Positions 41,498 to 53,649 of a stretch of 64,000 bases of DNA are shown here, piece by piece. Position numbers and translations under genes: made by a program. Each line of letters starts with the position of its first letter. The stretch's first letter is position 1. The notes under the pieces are model-generated. The model did not search any database, was not told where the DNA came from, and saw nothing but the letters and a program-made list of their open reading frames with translations. Location of the stretch: positions 5,270,001 to 5,334,000 of the forward strand of contig CM035358.1 in the NCBI GenBank assembly GCA_020137815.1. The letters are read 5' to 3'. This stretch comes from Hormiphora californensis. Its lineage: Eukaryota; Animalia; Ctenophora.

Positions 41498-44400
41498 TTA
41501 GATCTCAACTGTTTTTTCTTCTTCACTCCTCTTTCTCAGATCTGGTCTTGTAGGGGGATGTAAAGGGTCGCTCTAGTGATGGCGAGAGAAGGAGGGATGT
41601 GTTGGGAGATATCCCTGCAAACGATGCCCTATGTCTGGTGTTTTGTGGGGTCGAGGTTAGGCCAGCAGATCCACTACCTAAGGAAGATGTTACTAATTAT
41701 TCATTAGATCCATCCAGAATTAATATCACGTAAAGAATTTTGAATCAGAATTCAGAAACATCCACCGTCGCGTAAAGTCTAACCCCCCCCCCCCCAACCA
41801 ACCAAGCTTACAGGACATGCTAATACACTGACCCTCACAAAATTCGCTGCAAGGGACAGTGTATATGCTGTCAAAATCTTACCAGCAAAGATGCTATCAT
41901 CAAGTAAATTCGAGATATCATGCTCGAAACTTGTATAACTCATATTGCTAACTCCACTCCTATCCTTCAACAACCTCCCCTCCTCATCAGGCGAGGAACG
42001 AGTTATCACAGTTGACTGCTCCCCAGAGGGAGGGGAGGTAATGTTCAGTCCGGGTATGACGTCATCTCCCATGATGACATCATCATCAATAATTAGACTG
42101 TCCTCCATTAGGATCAGCGAGTCAACTCCTCCTGCTGCTTCTGCTTCTGTTGGAAGATTCTCCTGTCTTAGTTATTGGCGTGAGATTGGGGGGATCTAAA
42201 AATATGAGAGAATTGCAATATATGTATAATAATACATTGTATATTCAATAATTAGCAAACTAAAGATCTAATTAACTAAAGAATTAGCAAACTAAAGAAA
42301 ATTTTAATGACAATTTAATCAAATCGGTTCTTATCTAAATTTCTACCTCATGTGCACACCACTATCATCATCATCTCCAAAGTCACTGTCTGTCTCGTAT
42401 CCCCTGTTCTCTCTCGCTGCTGCCAGCTCACGTCGCACCCTGAATTTGTTTCCGGGTTAGCCAAACCGCCCGGTTATGGGTATCTATGATATATCGGTAA
42501 CTATGGCCCGGATTGGGAAAAGGAAGGGGGTTCTAGGAGAAGAGGGTCTGACCTGTCACAGTGTCTGGAAAGAAAGATACTGAGAGTATACATTTTCAGT
42601 AGTATTCGCCTCCTCTTCCTCGACATTAGTATCAAGTCCTCATCTCTCTGTTTCAGTCGCACGGCCAGAGTAGGTAGCATTTTGTAGAGCGCTTTGGCTG
42701 ACTCCTAGGAAGTATGAGGGGTTGACAGAAACTTGAATTAGATGGTTTATGAGTGACGGTATCCCGACAGTTTATATTCGAGTTAAAAAGTTAGGGTTTT
42801 TTTGGACAGTTTATATTCGAGTTAAAAAGTTAGGGTTTTTCTGGACAGTTTATATTCGAGTTAAACAGTTAGGGTTAGGGTTAGGGTTATTGTCAACTTC
42901 AGTTTATATATAAACTGAAGTTGACAATAACCCTAACCCTAACCCTAAAATTTCTAAAAATTTAATACAATATTAAATTTTTAGAAATTTAAAAAATGCA
43001 GAAAAAAGTCCTCAACTCACCCTTGAGCCATGAACAGAACAGTCACTGAAGATACTCTTTTTGTAGACACCAGTGTGTGCCTGTATCAGTTCATCTGTAA
43101 TGTCCCACATTGTGTGATGTAACACATGATCATGTAACATGGCCTCCCTACTATATCTGTGGGGAGATGTGTTAAATATTTTAACATGATGGGGATCTGT
43201 GTTAGTAGGATAACAGTACTTGAAACTGTATTTGAAACTGTTTTTGTAACTGTATTTGTAACTGTTTCCCTACTTCATGCACAGTTCGTCAGTGCATTGT
43301 GATAGATAGTGTAACTCACGCGTTTAGGATTTTGATCCTTCTAGACAGCTCATGTGCAGGAGCTAACAGTGGTGCAGTGTTATACGTCTCACGTAGCGTC
43401 ATTTGAGATCTGATGATTGCCACCAGGTAACGTCTACTCAGCTCATCGAGATCACGTTTCACTTTCGTTGTTTTGGTAAGATTGGGCCACAGGGGCCTGT
43501 TGACTCGAACCAGGACTTTCTTCCACCGCAGTACCTGGGAGAAATAAAAAATCATTTGGTACAGAAAGCACTAAGTCTACACTGCCACGCAAAAATCATT
43601 GATAAATTCAGGTTCGTAAAAGGGTATTGGCAATAAATTCTTGTGAAATTTGAATATTTCCAAGAAAAACTACAAAGGCTCAGGCCTTTATCACGCTAGG
43701 ACGTGACTTGTTATTGGTCGAACTAGGGTATGAATTATGATAATAATTTCTTGTGAAATATGAATACTTCCAAGAAAACAATAAAGGCCTAGGCCGTTGA
43801 ACGTGATGCGAGGATAACCATATTATTGCTGCCCCTAAGATAAAGGTTCAGGCTCTCCTGAAAATCAGAACATATTCAATAAAAACCTTGCATATTATTC
43901 AAGAAAGCACGGTGACTTTTGGGGCTCAATAAATAGTTTTACGTTGCAGTTGATGAAAGTTTGAAACTGATATATTATTTTTGCCTTGTTCGACCCTCTC
44001 TCTCTCTCTCCGTGCCCGCAACAAAGATGGTTAGAAAATGACAAATAACTGTGTTCTCAGCCATCTCAAGTCATGAATCCAGTTACAACTGGAAATGTTA
44101 TTGTCTTTTTAACTGTGCTGATGATCGTCTACACTGAAAACTCTGCAAGGTATTTTGGGGGTTTAATTTAAATTCCTGTAAAGTTGTTTTGTCGAACCTC
44201 TAATTTCAAGCTCATGTATTGCCACGTTCTATGAGTTCGAGTCTCCTTGTGGTATTTTCTCTCGCCTACCTACTTTCAACTTTGCTACACCCCTTCTTAT
44301 ATAATATCTGTCTTTTTGGCTTTGGCAATACTCCTAATTTATCCTACCACTTGTACCATCTCCCTATTTTCAGGTTTGGCATCCCTCTCGCCATGATAGG

Positions 44401-47400
44401 GTCAATGCTGAAGAAGAACTGCACTGTCGGAAAGGAGGACTTATGTTGGAGTGAGCAGACGAAAGCGATGGTGATCGGGTCCTACTTCTACGGATACACA
44501 GTCCAAATTATCTCAGTCTACCTGGCACGCCGGTTCAACTGTATGTTGGGTGGTTACAGGTTATATCTTGCTGTTGGGATCGTATCCCAGTTCGCCTACC
44601 CCACGTTAGCTCAAGTCTCCCTGGTGGGTTTGATTTCACTACAGGCTCTACGAGGCTTTATGACAGGGATTATGGTTGCCTACATGTATACCTTTGAGTT
44701 TCAATCTCGGTGGATACCGGCTAGCTTGCGGAGGACATTCATATCCGTTATTGGGGCGACTTGTTACATAGGAAATGGTACTGGTGGTTTGCTGGTGGAG
44801 TTCTTCTCCAGTGCTCTTGGCTGGGAATACTATTTCTATTTCAGTGGCGTTCTGTTTATTATTCTGTTGATCCTGAGTTTGATATTCATGGCTGATAAGC
44901 CTGAAAGCTCCTGGTTTGTTAGAAGTCTGTCTGCCGGTAAAGAAATGAAGAAAGAGGTGAAATTAGCTGTAGATTTAGAAGATGTTGAGGTAAATGGAGA
45001 GAAAGATATCGCGGAAGAAGAGAAAAAGGACAGCGAGGAAGAACCATCGTCGACCCCAACTTCAGTTTCTGTTCGTGACATCCTCTCCCGGGGCTACCTC
45101 TACTCCTTCTGTATCTACTACTTCAGCTACAGTCTGATTTGGTATAATACCCTCAGCACAGGTCCATTCTACCTGCACAACATCCTGGGGGCAGGTACTA
45201 AACCCATTGCAGTACTTGAAACTAGTCTCTCCTTCATAATGGCTGGTAGTTCCATCCTTCTATCCTGGATCTTCCAGACCTTGGATAAACACCTCAGCTG
45301 GCTGACATGCCGACTAACATTCATCTATATCCCCATGGTAATCCAGGTAGTGGTGTTTATTGGGTTTCCTTACATTGCCACATTCACTGGCGCCTCCTTC
45401 CTCCTTGTCCTCAGTACCGTAGCATCGGGCAGCATGTTCAGCGGCTCACTGACTACCGTTAACGTTGAAATTGATCCTGTAAATGCGCCTATCATCCAGG
45501 CATTGTTCAGTGGAGCGGGTCAAATTGCGGGGTTCCTTGGACCAGCTCTAATGGCATGGTTGACATCAGGCGATGATAATGGATGGGACTGGTTCTTTCA
45601 TGTGCTAGCAGCCAGTGCTAGTGTGAGTGTTATTGGGATTGCAGTGAGTATTTATAGTAGGCCGGGTGAGTGGAAGAATCGGAGCAAAAGTGGGGAAACT
45701 TTTAGAAGACAGTAAACTTGTTGTTACTGTATGTTGTTACTGTATGTATTGTTCATCTCCCTATTACCTATACATAATATAAAAACAAGTACTAGATAAA
45801 TAACTAATAAATTCAACTAATAAATTCAACTAATTACCATGAAAATCATCCAGATGATGGTAATAACGTAGAATCCACCATTCAGCACCAGCATCTCATA
45901 GTAAAGGTATTTCTCTGATGGGGGGAGGGGGGGGGGGGTAGCAAGTAGAAATATATCTTTGATGAGTTGAATATACAGCTCTGATATTCTATAGAATATA
46001 CATTGCAGCAAACTATCGGACATGTTATAAAGATTGCATGTTATAATATAGCTATACACACATCTCAGCTCTGATCCTTACCCTGGACGAAAGCGTTTTG
46101 TGTCTCTGTTTCAATGCACGCTCCCACAAAGGCGTTCCAGAAGTGAACGAAGAATGAGAAGAAGAGGATAATGTTGTAGGAGATCAGGCGGTAGGGACGT
46201 CTTGTGAACACGATTCCACCTAAAAATGGTTGTAATTTTCATCGTTCAGAAACTTTTAATAAAATTTCTGCCAGAAACACAATTTGTTTCACAAAATACT
46301 CCTCACTCCGAGCTGCTTCACGATACCGGATACAGCCTCACGTTTAACTCACATAGAACAAAGAAAAATGCAGTGTAAACGAAGGCTTGTACTTTCTCAA
46401 AGTCGAATAGTAAACCATAGATCAGGAGTAATGGCAAACTTGATCATAAACATGTAAACCTGGGGATGGAGGGGTGTTATATATTGGATTGCCATAGCTG
46501 CACGATAGTAAATTGAGAGCAAAAAGATTTACTGCACGAAAGTCGCTATAACTTTTAGAAGAGTGGGGTACTATAAACTATAAACCTACCCTCCAATAAA
46601 CTAGGGGCCTCCGGTAGGACTGAGAGGAGGAAGAATTTAGTTAGTAACCACTCATCATTTATCCCATACACATACTCAGTCTCCTTCAGTAGAGTAAATC
46701 CCTCATGCTCAATCGTGGAATCTGTGGTGGTTATTATTGATTAATTAGTAATTAATAGTTTTAATTGGGAGCAATTAATTAGGTATAGTGATGAGAGAGA
46801 AAATAAATAACAAGCAGCTGGTCTAATTGCCCATTACCTCTTAGCTCATTCACTGGATAACAAAGGAGTTCAGGCCCGGTACCCAACAACTTATCGGTTT
46901 GTGCCCCCAGTTATCGGGTAAAAGGGGTCCCAAATGCACACAATATACTACTTATGAAACCCGATAGCTGATTTATCAGTCATTTGAACATTTTACGCAC
47001 ACACGATATCTGCTAGCTGGGGGATTTAACACCCTGCTCGCTATTTATCAGATCAGTGATCTTTTTCACGCGTTTCTCTTCATTTGCATAACATGCGTGT
47101 AAATTTCCAAGTAATGAAAATGTGTGTAAACACACAGTTCTGTCAATAACGGAGAGGGAAACACATCTGCAACACTTTTGAATGTTATCTCTCTCATAAA
47201 AAGTCAAAAGAATCGCATTCCTATCTCTTCTCTCTCTCATTCTCTCTTTTACTGTGCAATATCTCTCACTGTGTGTATTGGCCCCAATCTTGCTCTCTCT
47301 TAATCAAATATGTTAGGAACAGTAGACACTAAGTCTACACACATTTTGAGGGTGCCTGTTGACTATTTGCCAGCAGTCTTAGTGTGTTTAACCTTGTGTT

Positions 47401-50044
47401 GTGTCTCTTATTTGTGTGTAGTTGCTATCGGGTTTCATAAACTATGAACGTTTGTTAGCCTATCGCGTTATAGGTTTAAATCACCTCCCCCTCACCCTCG
47501 GCTGGCGCCTCGGGATCGGCGTCGGGATTTAAACCAGTTTAATCGCCCTGCCGGGCGATTAAACTCCAGTTGGCTGTCCCCAGCTCGCGCTGGGAACAGC
47601 CAACTTGATAACGCGCCAGTCTACAAACGTTCATATGAACTATGAACGTTTGTAGCTTGGCGCGTTATCAAGTTGGCTGTCGCCAGCGCGAGCTGGCGAT
47701 AGCCAACTGGAGTTTAATCGCCCGGCAGGGCGATTAAACTGGTTTAAATCACGACCCCGAACCCAAGGCGCAGCCGAGGGTGAGGGGGAGGCGATTTAAA
47801 CCTATAACGTGACAAGCTAACAAACGTTCATAGTTTATGAAACCCGATAGCAATTTCACACTAACAAGAGACACAACACAAGGTAAAACACACAAGGAGT
47901 ACTGGCAAATAGTCAACAGACAGTCCCCAAACTGTGTGTAGACTAACTGGCACCTAGTTGCAACTGTTCCTAACATATTTGAGTAAGAGAGAGCAAGATT
48001 GGGGCTGATACACACAGTGAGAGATATTGAACAGTAAAAGAGAGAATGAGAGAGAGAAGAGATAGGAATGTGATTCTTTTGACTTTTTATGAGAGAGATA
48101 ACTTTGAAAAGTGTTGCAGATTTGTTCCCCTCTCTGTTATTGACAGAACTGTGTGTTTACACACAATTTAATTACTCTGGATTTTACACGCATGTTATTC
48201 AAATGAAGAGAAATGCGTGAAAAAGAGAGCGGGACTGTTAAAACACGAGCAGGGTGTTAAATCCCCCAGCTAGCAGTTATCATGAGCGCGCAAAATGTTC
48301 AAACGACTGTTAAATCAGCTATCGGGTTTCATAGTTCATTTAAGGACCCAACAGCATCTCTTACCAGTAAATATATGTTTCTTCACACTCCACCAAATGT
48401 ATATTGGTACTGGGATCCAACAGAGCAGGAGTAAAGTTGGGATGGCTGTGTTTATTACTTGCTCCATACTCTCTAAACTATCCTGCATGCATGGTTGCGT
48501 GGGATCAACATCACTTCGGGGATTACCCTTATCTTTGGAGGGGATAACGATTTTTAGACCAATACACTACTGTTTTTCATATCTTTAGCTTAGGTAGTTT
48601 TCTCGAGGGTTAAATCTTTCTCTCTCTGTTGCATCTTGCTCTCTCTCTCTCTCTTTCGAGTCTTTCAGTAGCGAGAAAAAGACAATTCATTTGAAAGCAG
48701 AAGTAATAACAGATGACTCACATTCAGGGGATTGCGTTCGGCACCACCACCACCTACAAGCCCACGCACCAAACGGTAGAATAGTCGCCTCCGCCAGGAA
48801 CACAAACCATTTGATTAGGTATGCCCTAACTCTCATCGATTTCTCTGATGATGATTAAACGAGTCAGTAACTATTCTTTCCTGTTTTTTATAAGATTCTG
48901 TTTTAAAATTCTAGTCAACTCATCAAATAGTCAATTGTTGTTGTTTTTCTGTTTTACTAACCAGTATCGTCACTAGAGATGACTGCTGTTTTACTAACCA
49001 GTATCGTCACTAGAGATGACTGCTGTTTTACTAACCAGTATCGTCACTAGAGATGACTGCGAAGATTATCCCACAGATCACCACTATTCCGATCATGACA
49101 CCACACACCGCATAGGAGAGGTGACGGTAGGGTATTGGAATGTTGCCCACCACAGCATAACCTAAACGGAGGGAAGGTTTTAAGTGATAAGAGCTATAGC
49201 AAGGGCTGACAAACCTGAAATATACCATACACATTGATACACCTTTAATTGTAATTAATAATTATGTCTCCCGATGAGTCCAGTTAATCGAGGTATACAG
49301 AAAGTATAATATCGCAGCTTTGTATACCTGAATCATCGGGCCAAACACTTGTATCTTCCAGTCTGTTCTCCGATACAACCTTAAACCAGCTCCAATAATC
49401 AAACTGTAGCCAGTAACTCCAGGCAAAGTGACTGAACAAGAGGGGGGGGGGTAGTCATTAGTCAAACTTTAGCGAGTAATCGTATGCAAATTTAGGCGAA
49501 GGATTAGGGTGGATTCGGGTTATGTTTTTGCAAGTAGTGGCACAAGGGAGGCTTTGAACAACTTACTAAGTGAACTTGTAAGACCATGGAGCCCTGAGAT
49601 TTAGAGACAAGATAAACAATATCAGGTAGATCTGGGTGTGGGTGATGAGGAGCATGATTCCATCACTAGCCCACTGTGCCACTGTGTTCTTGGATCTCAC
49701 CTAATAGGGAGCCGGGGGAGTTACAGATAGTGAAATGTTCACGTATTGAACTAACTAGATGATGATACAAAGAAAACGGTTCCTCCTCCGAGGAATGAGG
49801 AGTCCGAAAAATCGAGGTTCAACTATTATAATACCTCATTATTTACCTCATGTATACCTCATTTACCTCATAAGTCATGTAATATACTTCATACACATCA
49901 TACCTCGTTAAACTCATTCTCGAAGTAATCATCATCCTCATTCTGATCCTCAACATCCACCTGTACCTTGGCAGAGTCCCCGACCTCAATTAGGGGCAGG
50001 GTCTCCACATCATCAAAGCCATCTCGTACCTTACTGTAACCCAT
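41498..50044 (-). CDS. Uncharacterised multi-pass membrane protein with a long, low-complexity C-terminal tail
   Basis: ATG at 50044 (MGYSKVRDGFDD...). Many GT-AG-bounded exons carry hydrophobic helices (e.g. YAVCGVMIGIVVICGIIFAVIS, IPTLLLLCWIPVPIYIWWSV, RRPYRLISYNIILFFSFFVHFWNA). The last exon ends KTVEI* at 41498. Family not recognised. Confidence 0.7.
42869..42948. repeat. Perfect 80-bp palindrome bounded by (TTAGGG)3...(CCCTAA)3
   Basis: TTAGGGTTAGGGTTAGGGTTATTGTCAACTTCAGTTTATA|TATAAACTGAAGTTGACAATAACCCTAACCCTAACCCTAA. Confidence 0.92.
43925..43968 (-). other. Spliced-leader-like sequence, variant 2 (second copy)
   Basis: The reverse complement, AGTTTCAAACTTTCATCAACTGCAACGTAAAACTATTTATTGAG, differs from 8815-8858 by one base. 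It is followed by CCCC, not GT. Confidence 0.72.
44073..45715 (+). CDS. SLC17 / sialin-like MFS organic-anion transporter, nested antisense in an intron
   Basis: Exon 44073-44149 (MNPVTTGNVIVFLTVLMIVYTENSAR) plus 44374-45715. WSEQTKAMVIGSYFYGY, GWEYYFYFSG..., and GQIAGFLGP..W..FF match the SLC17 pattern, with about 12 hydrophobic segments. Confidence 0.85.
46953..48333. mobile_element. Composite ~1.4-kb foldback element
   Basis: The arms mirror about ~47635. Each arm has two modules with their own inverted ends (TATGAAACCCGATAG...CTATCGGGTTTCATA and TATGAACGTTTGT...ACAAACGTTCATA). Confidence 0.85.
48949..49059 (-). repeat. 37-bp x3 repeat spanning a splice donor
   Basis: Minus-strand unit CAGTCATCTCTAGTGACGATACTG|GTTAGTAAAACAG. 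Confidence 0.92.
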
Positions 50045-50404
50045 GGTGGGAGCCACACTACATTGTGCTAGTCAATAAGGGTGGGGGTTAATTTATAGAA
50101 GAGACTCGATATAAGGGTTGGGGTTTTAGTAGGGTTCCAGCAAAAACAGGTAGACCTGGAACACGGTAGTCTCCAAACATTTGGTTGGGGGATTATAATT
50201 TAGGGGAGGTAACCAAGAAAAATAAAAACAACGGCAATTAGGGATCAACACACATTTTTTACAGATCTTGTTATTTACAGATAGAAATCTGATTTTTCGT
50301 CACCGCCTTCGGGGGTCACGGGCTGTAAACCACGTGCAAACAGGGTCACACAATCTCTTTCAAAACAACAAATATAAACAGAAATCACACGCACTCTCTC
50401 TCTC

Positions 50405-53284
50405 TCATTTGAACAAACTACCTGTTTGATTTCCCAACCTGCTCAAAAAGTCCACACCATCATCACCACTGACAGCCCGCACCACAGTTGGCTCGGGATC
50501 ATGCGCATCACCCACGTACACATTCTCAACATCATCCGCCAGAAGATCGTCTGTTGTTAGGAACATTTCGGAGAGGTTTCCCGAGCTGGGAGGGTTGATT
50601 AGCAGGGCTGAGTTCACAGCTGGTTCATCTGGGATTGTTAGACGTTCTCTGGGTGCCGCGGGGGATGGTTCCCTGGGTAGTTCATCGGATGAGACTTCCT
50701 GGATTAACATTTTGGGAGCAGGGGAAGGTTTTGCGATGGGGGTTGAGAGCATTTCTTCTAGTAGCATGGCATCCCCTCGCACTCCCCCAGACGTAGATTC
50801 CTCTTCCTCATCTTCATCATCATCATCATCATCATCGATGTCACGAGAGACAATACTACTGAATATGTCTGATGTTGTTGGAGCTGTTATTGTTGTAGGT
50901 TGATTGAAAATTGACTCTGTCTGCGCTGAAGGGGCTGACAGTTCCACAATCTCCTGTTGTTCCACAATATCCTGTTCCTCGGACTGTTCACCACTAGGTT
51001 GTGTGACGAACGTGGCAGGTTCAGTACTAGATCCAGGTTCACTGCTAGGTGCAGGTTCAGTACTATCTTGATCTGCAGAACTAGGTTGATCTGCAGTGTC
51101 AGGTTCCTCAAGCTCTGGCATATCTTCATAATCCATCTCTTCATCCTCTTCTTCCTCTCCAATGGCATATCCCTGGACCTGGACCATCTTCTTCGGTTGC
51201 TCAAAGTTCCCTGCCTTGTCAAGCTCATCTGACTTGGTTGCTAGGGACTCGGGAATGAGCATGCCACTTTTCGTTCTGATCACACCGTCCGGAAGTTTCT
51301 TTTCTGTGGCATTCTGAGGAGGAGGAAATATTATATAACGGTAGTCAGTAAATAAAAGTTTACACAAAGTGTTCAATGAATTATTAGTAGAGGGGTTGTA
51401 GCACCGGGAGGTAATGAGTAAACACACACACACGCATTGAGCAAGCTCAATGTTTAGCTATTCTCCGGCTGGGTATAGGGCTGAGGTACTGGCAAGATAT
51501 AGTAGGATCGCTACTGCCCACATGTCAAGTCTATTCGGATATACAAGTTTAAAAGGTTGGGGGGTCACAGGGACCGTCTTAGCTTCGCTCCCCGTTAACA
51601 TTGCCTGTAACCGGGGGTCCACTAAGCTCTCATATATACTCGGCCATTACTCCCAACCACTAGTAGTGGTTTTCAGTACCTCTTATACTGGTAATTCCGT
51701 ATAGAAACAATCCTTGTGTTTTAATTAATGTTTTAATTAATGTGTGGTAATACTGGGTCAGTGCAAGATATACGGAGTGATCGCTATTAAAACACAAGGA
51801 TTGTTTCTATACGGAATTACCAGTATAAGAGGTACTGAAAACCACTACTAGTGGTTGGGAGTAATGGCCGAGTATATATGAGAGCTTAGTGGACCCCCGG
51901 TTACAGGCAATGTTAACGGGGAGCGAAGCTAAGACGGTCCCTGTGACCCCCCAACCTTTTAAACTTGTATATCCGAATAGACTTGACATGTGGGCAGTAG
52001 CGATCCTACTATATCTTGCCAGTACCTCAGCCCTATACCCAGCCGGAGAATAGCTAAACATTGAGCTTGCTCAATGCGTGTGTGTGTGTTTACTCAATGA
52101 ATTAACTTGGTGAATCACAAAAAGCTTGGTTCATACCTTTTTTATTCTTTGCATGGACTGATAACAGTTCTCAATCTTAGCCCTCTCCCGGGCAATCCAC
52201 CTCTGTCTCTCCTCCTTCTCTGCCTCTGCTCCTCCCCGAGCCCAGGCCTCCGCACAAGCCCTGTCTTTTGGAAAGACCGGTCGGTCATCGAGGTACTTCA
52301 AATTAGCTAACCTTACCGTCAAGATCTGAAATATAGAAAAGAGTTATGAAAATGATTGGAAGATAACCAGTTTCAAGAGAATTTTTAGTTCCACCACCCA
52401 CCTTTCGGTAGTTTTTGATCTTTTTAATAACCGGATTTCCCATTAGATTCACGACAGCTAGCTCTGGTAGTTTCTCCAAAACATCAACTATCACTGGATC
52501 TTCGAGGCTGTTGTTTGACAGGTCAATAACAGAGAGTTTGGGACAACCGACAAGTCCATCTAGAGCATCGCTGGCCCGTAACCTTGAAAAGGAGAGAGAG
52601 ATTGATAATGTCTGCCCGGTTAAATGAAAGTTTGTGCAATCTTTACAAACAATTATAATAATTGGATTTGGTATGGCAGTACCTATGTAATAAACATTTT
52701 ATAACCTAACTTTACCTGTTCTTGGATATCTGTAGGGTATGCATGGATTCCACCATGTTCTCGATCTTTGAAATGTAGTTGTTGCTAACATTGAGGGTGT
52801 GGAGCTGTACCAACGGCTCTAGATTTTCAATCTTGTTTAGGAGATTCTGCTGCAGGTACAGGCACTTCAACTCTTTCTGGTTATCTAAATTTTCTATCTT
52901 CTGGATACCGTTGGCCTCCAACCAAAGGCACTTCAACCCCGTGTACAATTCAAGATTTTCAATCTTCCCGAATCCTTGAAAGTGGAGATAGAGAATGTCA
53001 TTGAGTTCCGGGGTAGCATATCCTTTCTGTTGTTTGCAGATTTTCTTGATCGATTCCAATGTCATTCGTGGACCGTTATCGATGGGAGTTTTTGTGGCCG
53101 TGTTAACATTGTTCTCCTTGATAAGATCCTTCTTGACTTCTTCAATCTTGATTGAATTCTTCTCAGCTGGTGTTGGAGTTATTTCTGACATTGAAACGTC
53201 CTCTCGGTTTGTATCTGTTGTTGTTTCTGTCTTTCCAGTCAGAACAGCAGCTTCCGTGGGTGTGATTTCTTCGATGAACGGCAT
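50405..53284 (-). CDS. DNAAF1: Dynein axonemal assembly factor 1 (LRRC50/ODA7)
   Basis: Exons 53284-52716, ~52582-52403, ~52326-52137, ~51314-50405. Motifs: [52 protein letters not shown], LRRs, [24 protein letters not shown], and an acidic tail. Confidence 0.95.
51416..52095. mobile_element. Young foldback MITE with ~310-bp perfect inverted arms and a ~60-bp spacer
   Basis: GAGTAAACACAC...GTGTGTTTACTC flanked by AAT on both sides. The mirror ORFs 51450-51704 and 51807-52061 are identical. Confidence 0.9.
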
Positions 53285-53540
53285 ATCTAATCGCTAAAGA
53301 ATCAAAAGTGTTTAGGGGTGGCGAAATGATTTTTCTTTAAGGGAGGGGGGAGCTGTCAGCTGACCAACATTTTTTGGTGATGACCCTTTTTAGAGGAGCC
53401 CAAAAAATTGTTAAAGGGCCATAAATTCGATGTTTTCATCGTTTAAAATACTAGCGCACCCATTGGGTGCGCCTCAAATAAGGGGTGTTCACAAACCACC
53501 CGGCTTCGCCGGGTGGCCCTCTTTTTTCCCACATTTGATG

Positions 53541-53554
53541 GTTGCCATGGCAAC
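53541..53554. promoter_or_regulatory. RFX X-box upstream of DNAAF1
   Basis: Perfect palindrome GTTGCCATGGCAAC, ~257 bp upstream of the ATG of a motile-cilia gene. It matches the canonical RFX consensus. Confidence 0.8.
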
Positions 53555-53649
53555 TAAATCGGTAACTATAGAGACTGAATTGCTAAATTATGTTCCGAAA
53601 TAATCACTAACTGCCAGCAGAGTAACATCTGCTCCCAAGAAGAAAGCCG

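Noticed and set aside
42766-42876. 3x repeat as another splice-junction duplication
   Set aside because: The real minus-strand acceptor is at ~42706, and the repeat is wholly intronic.
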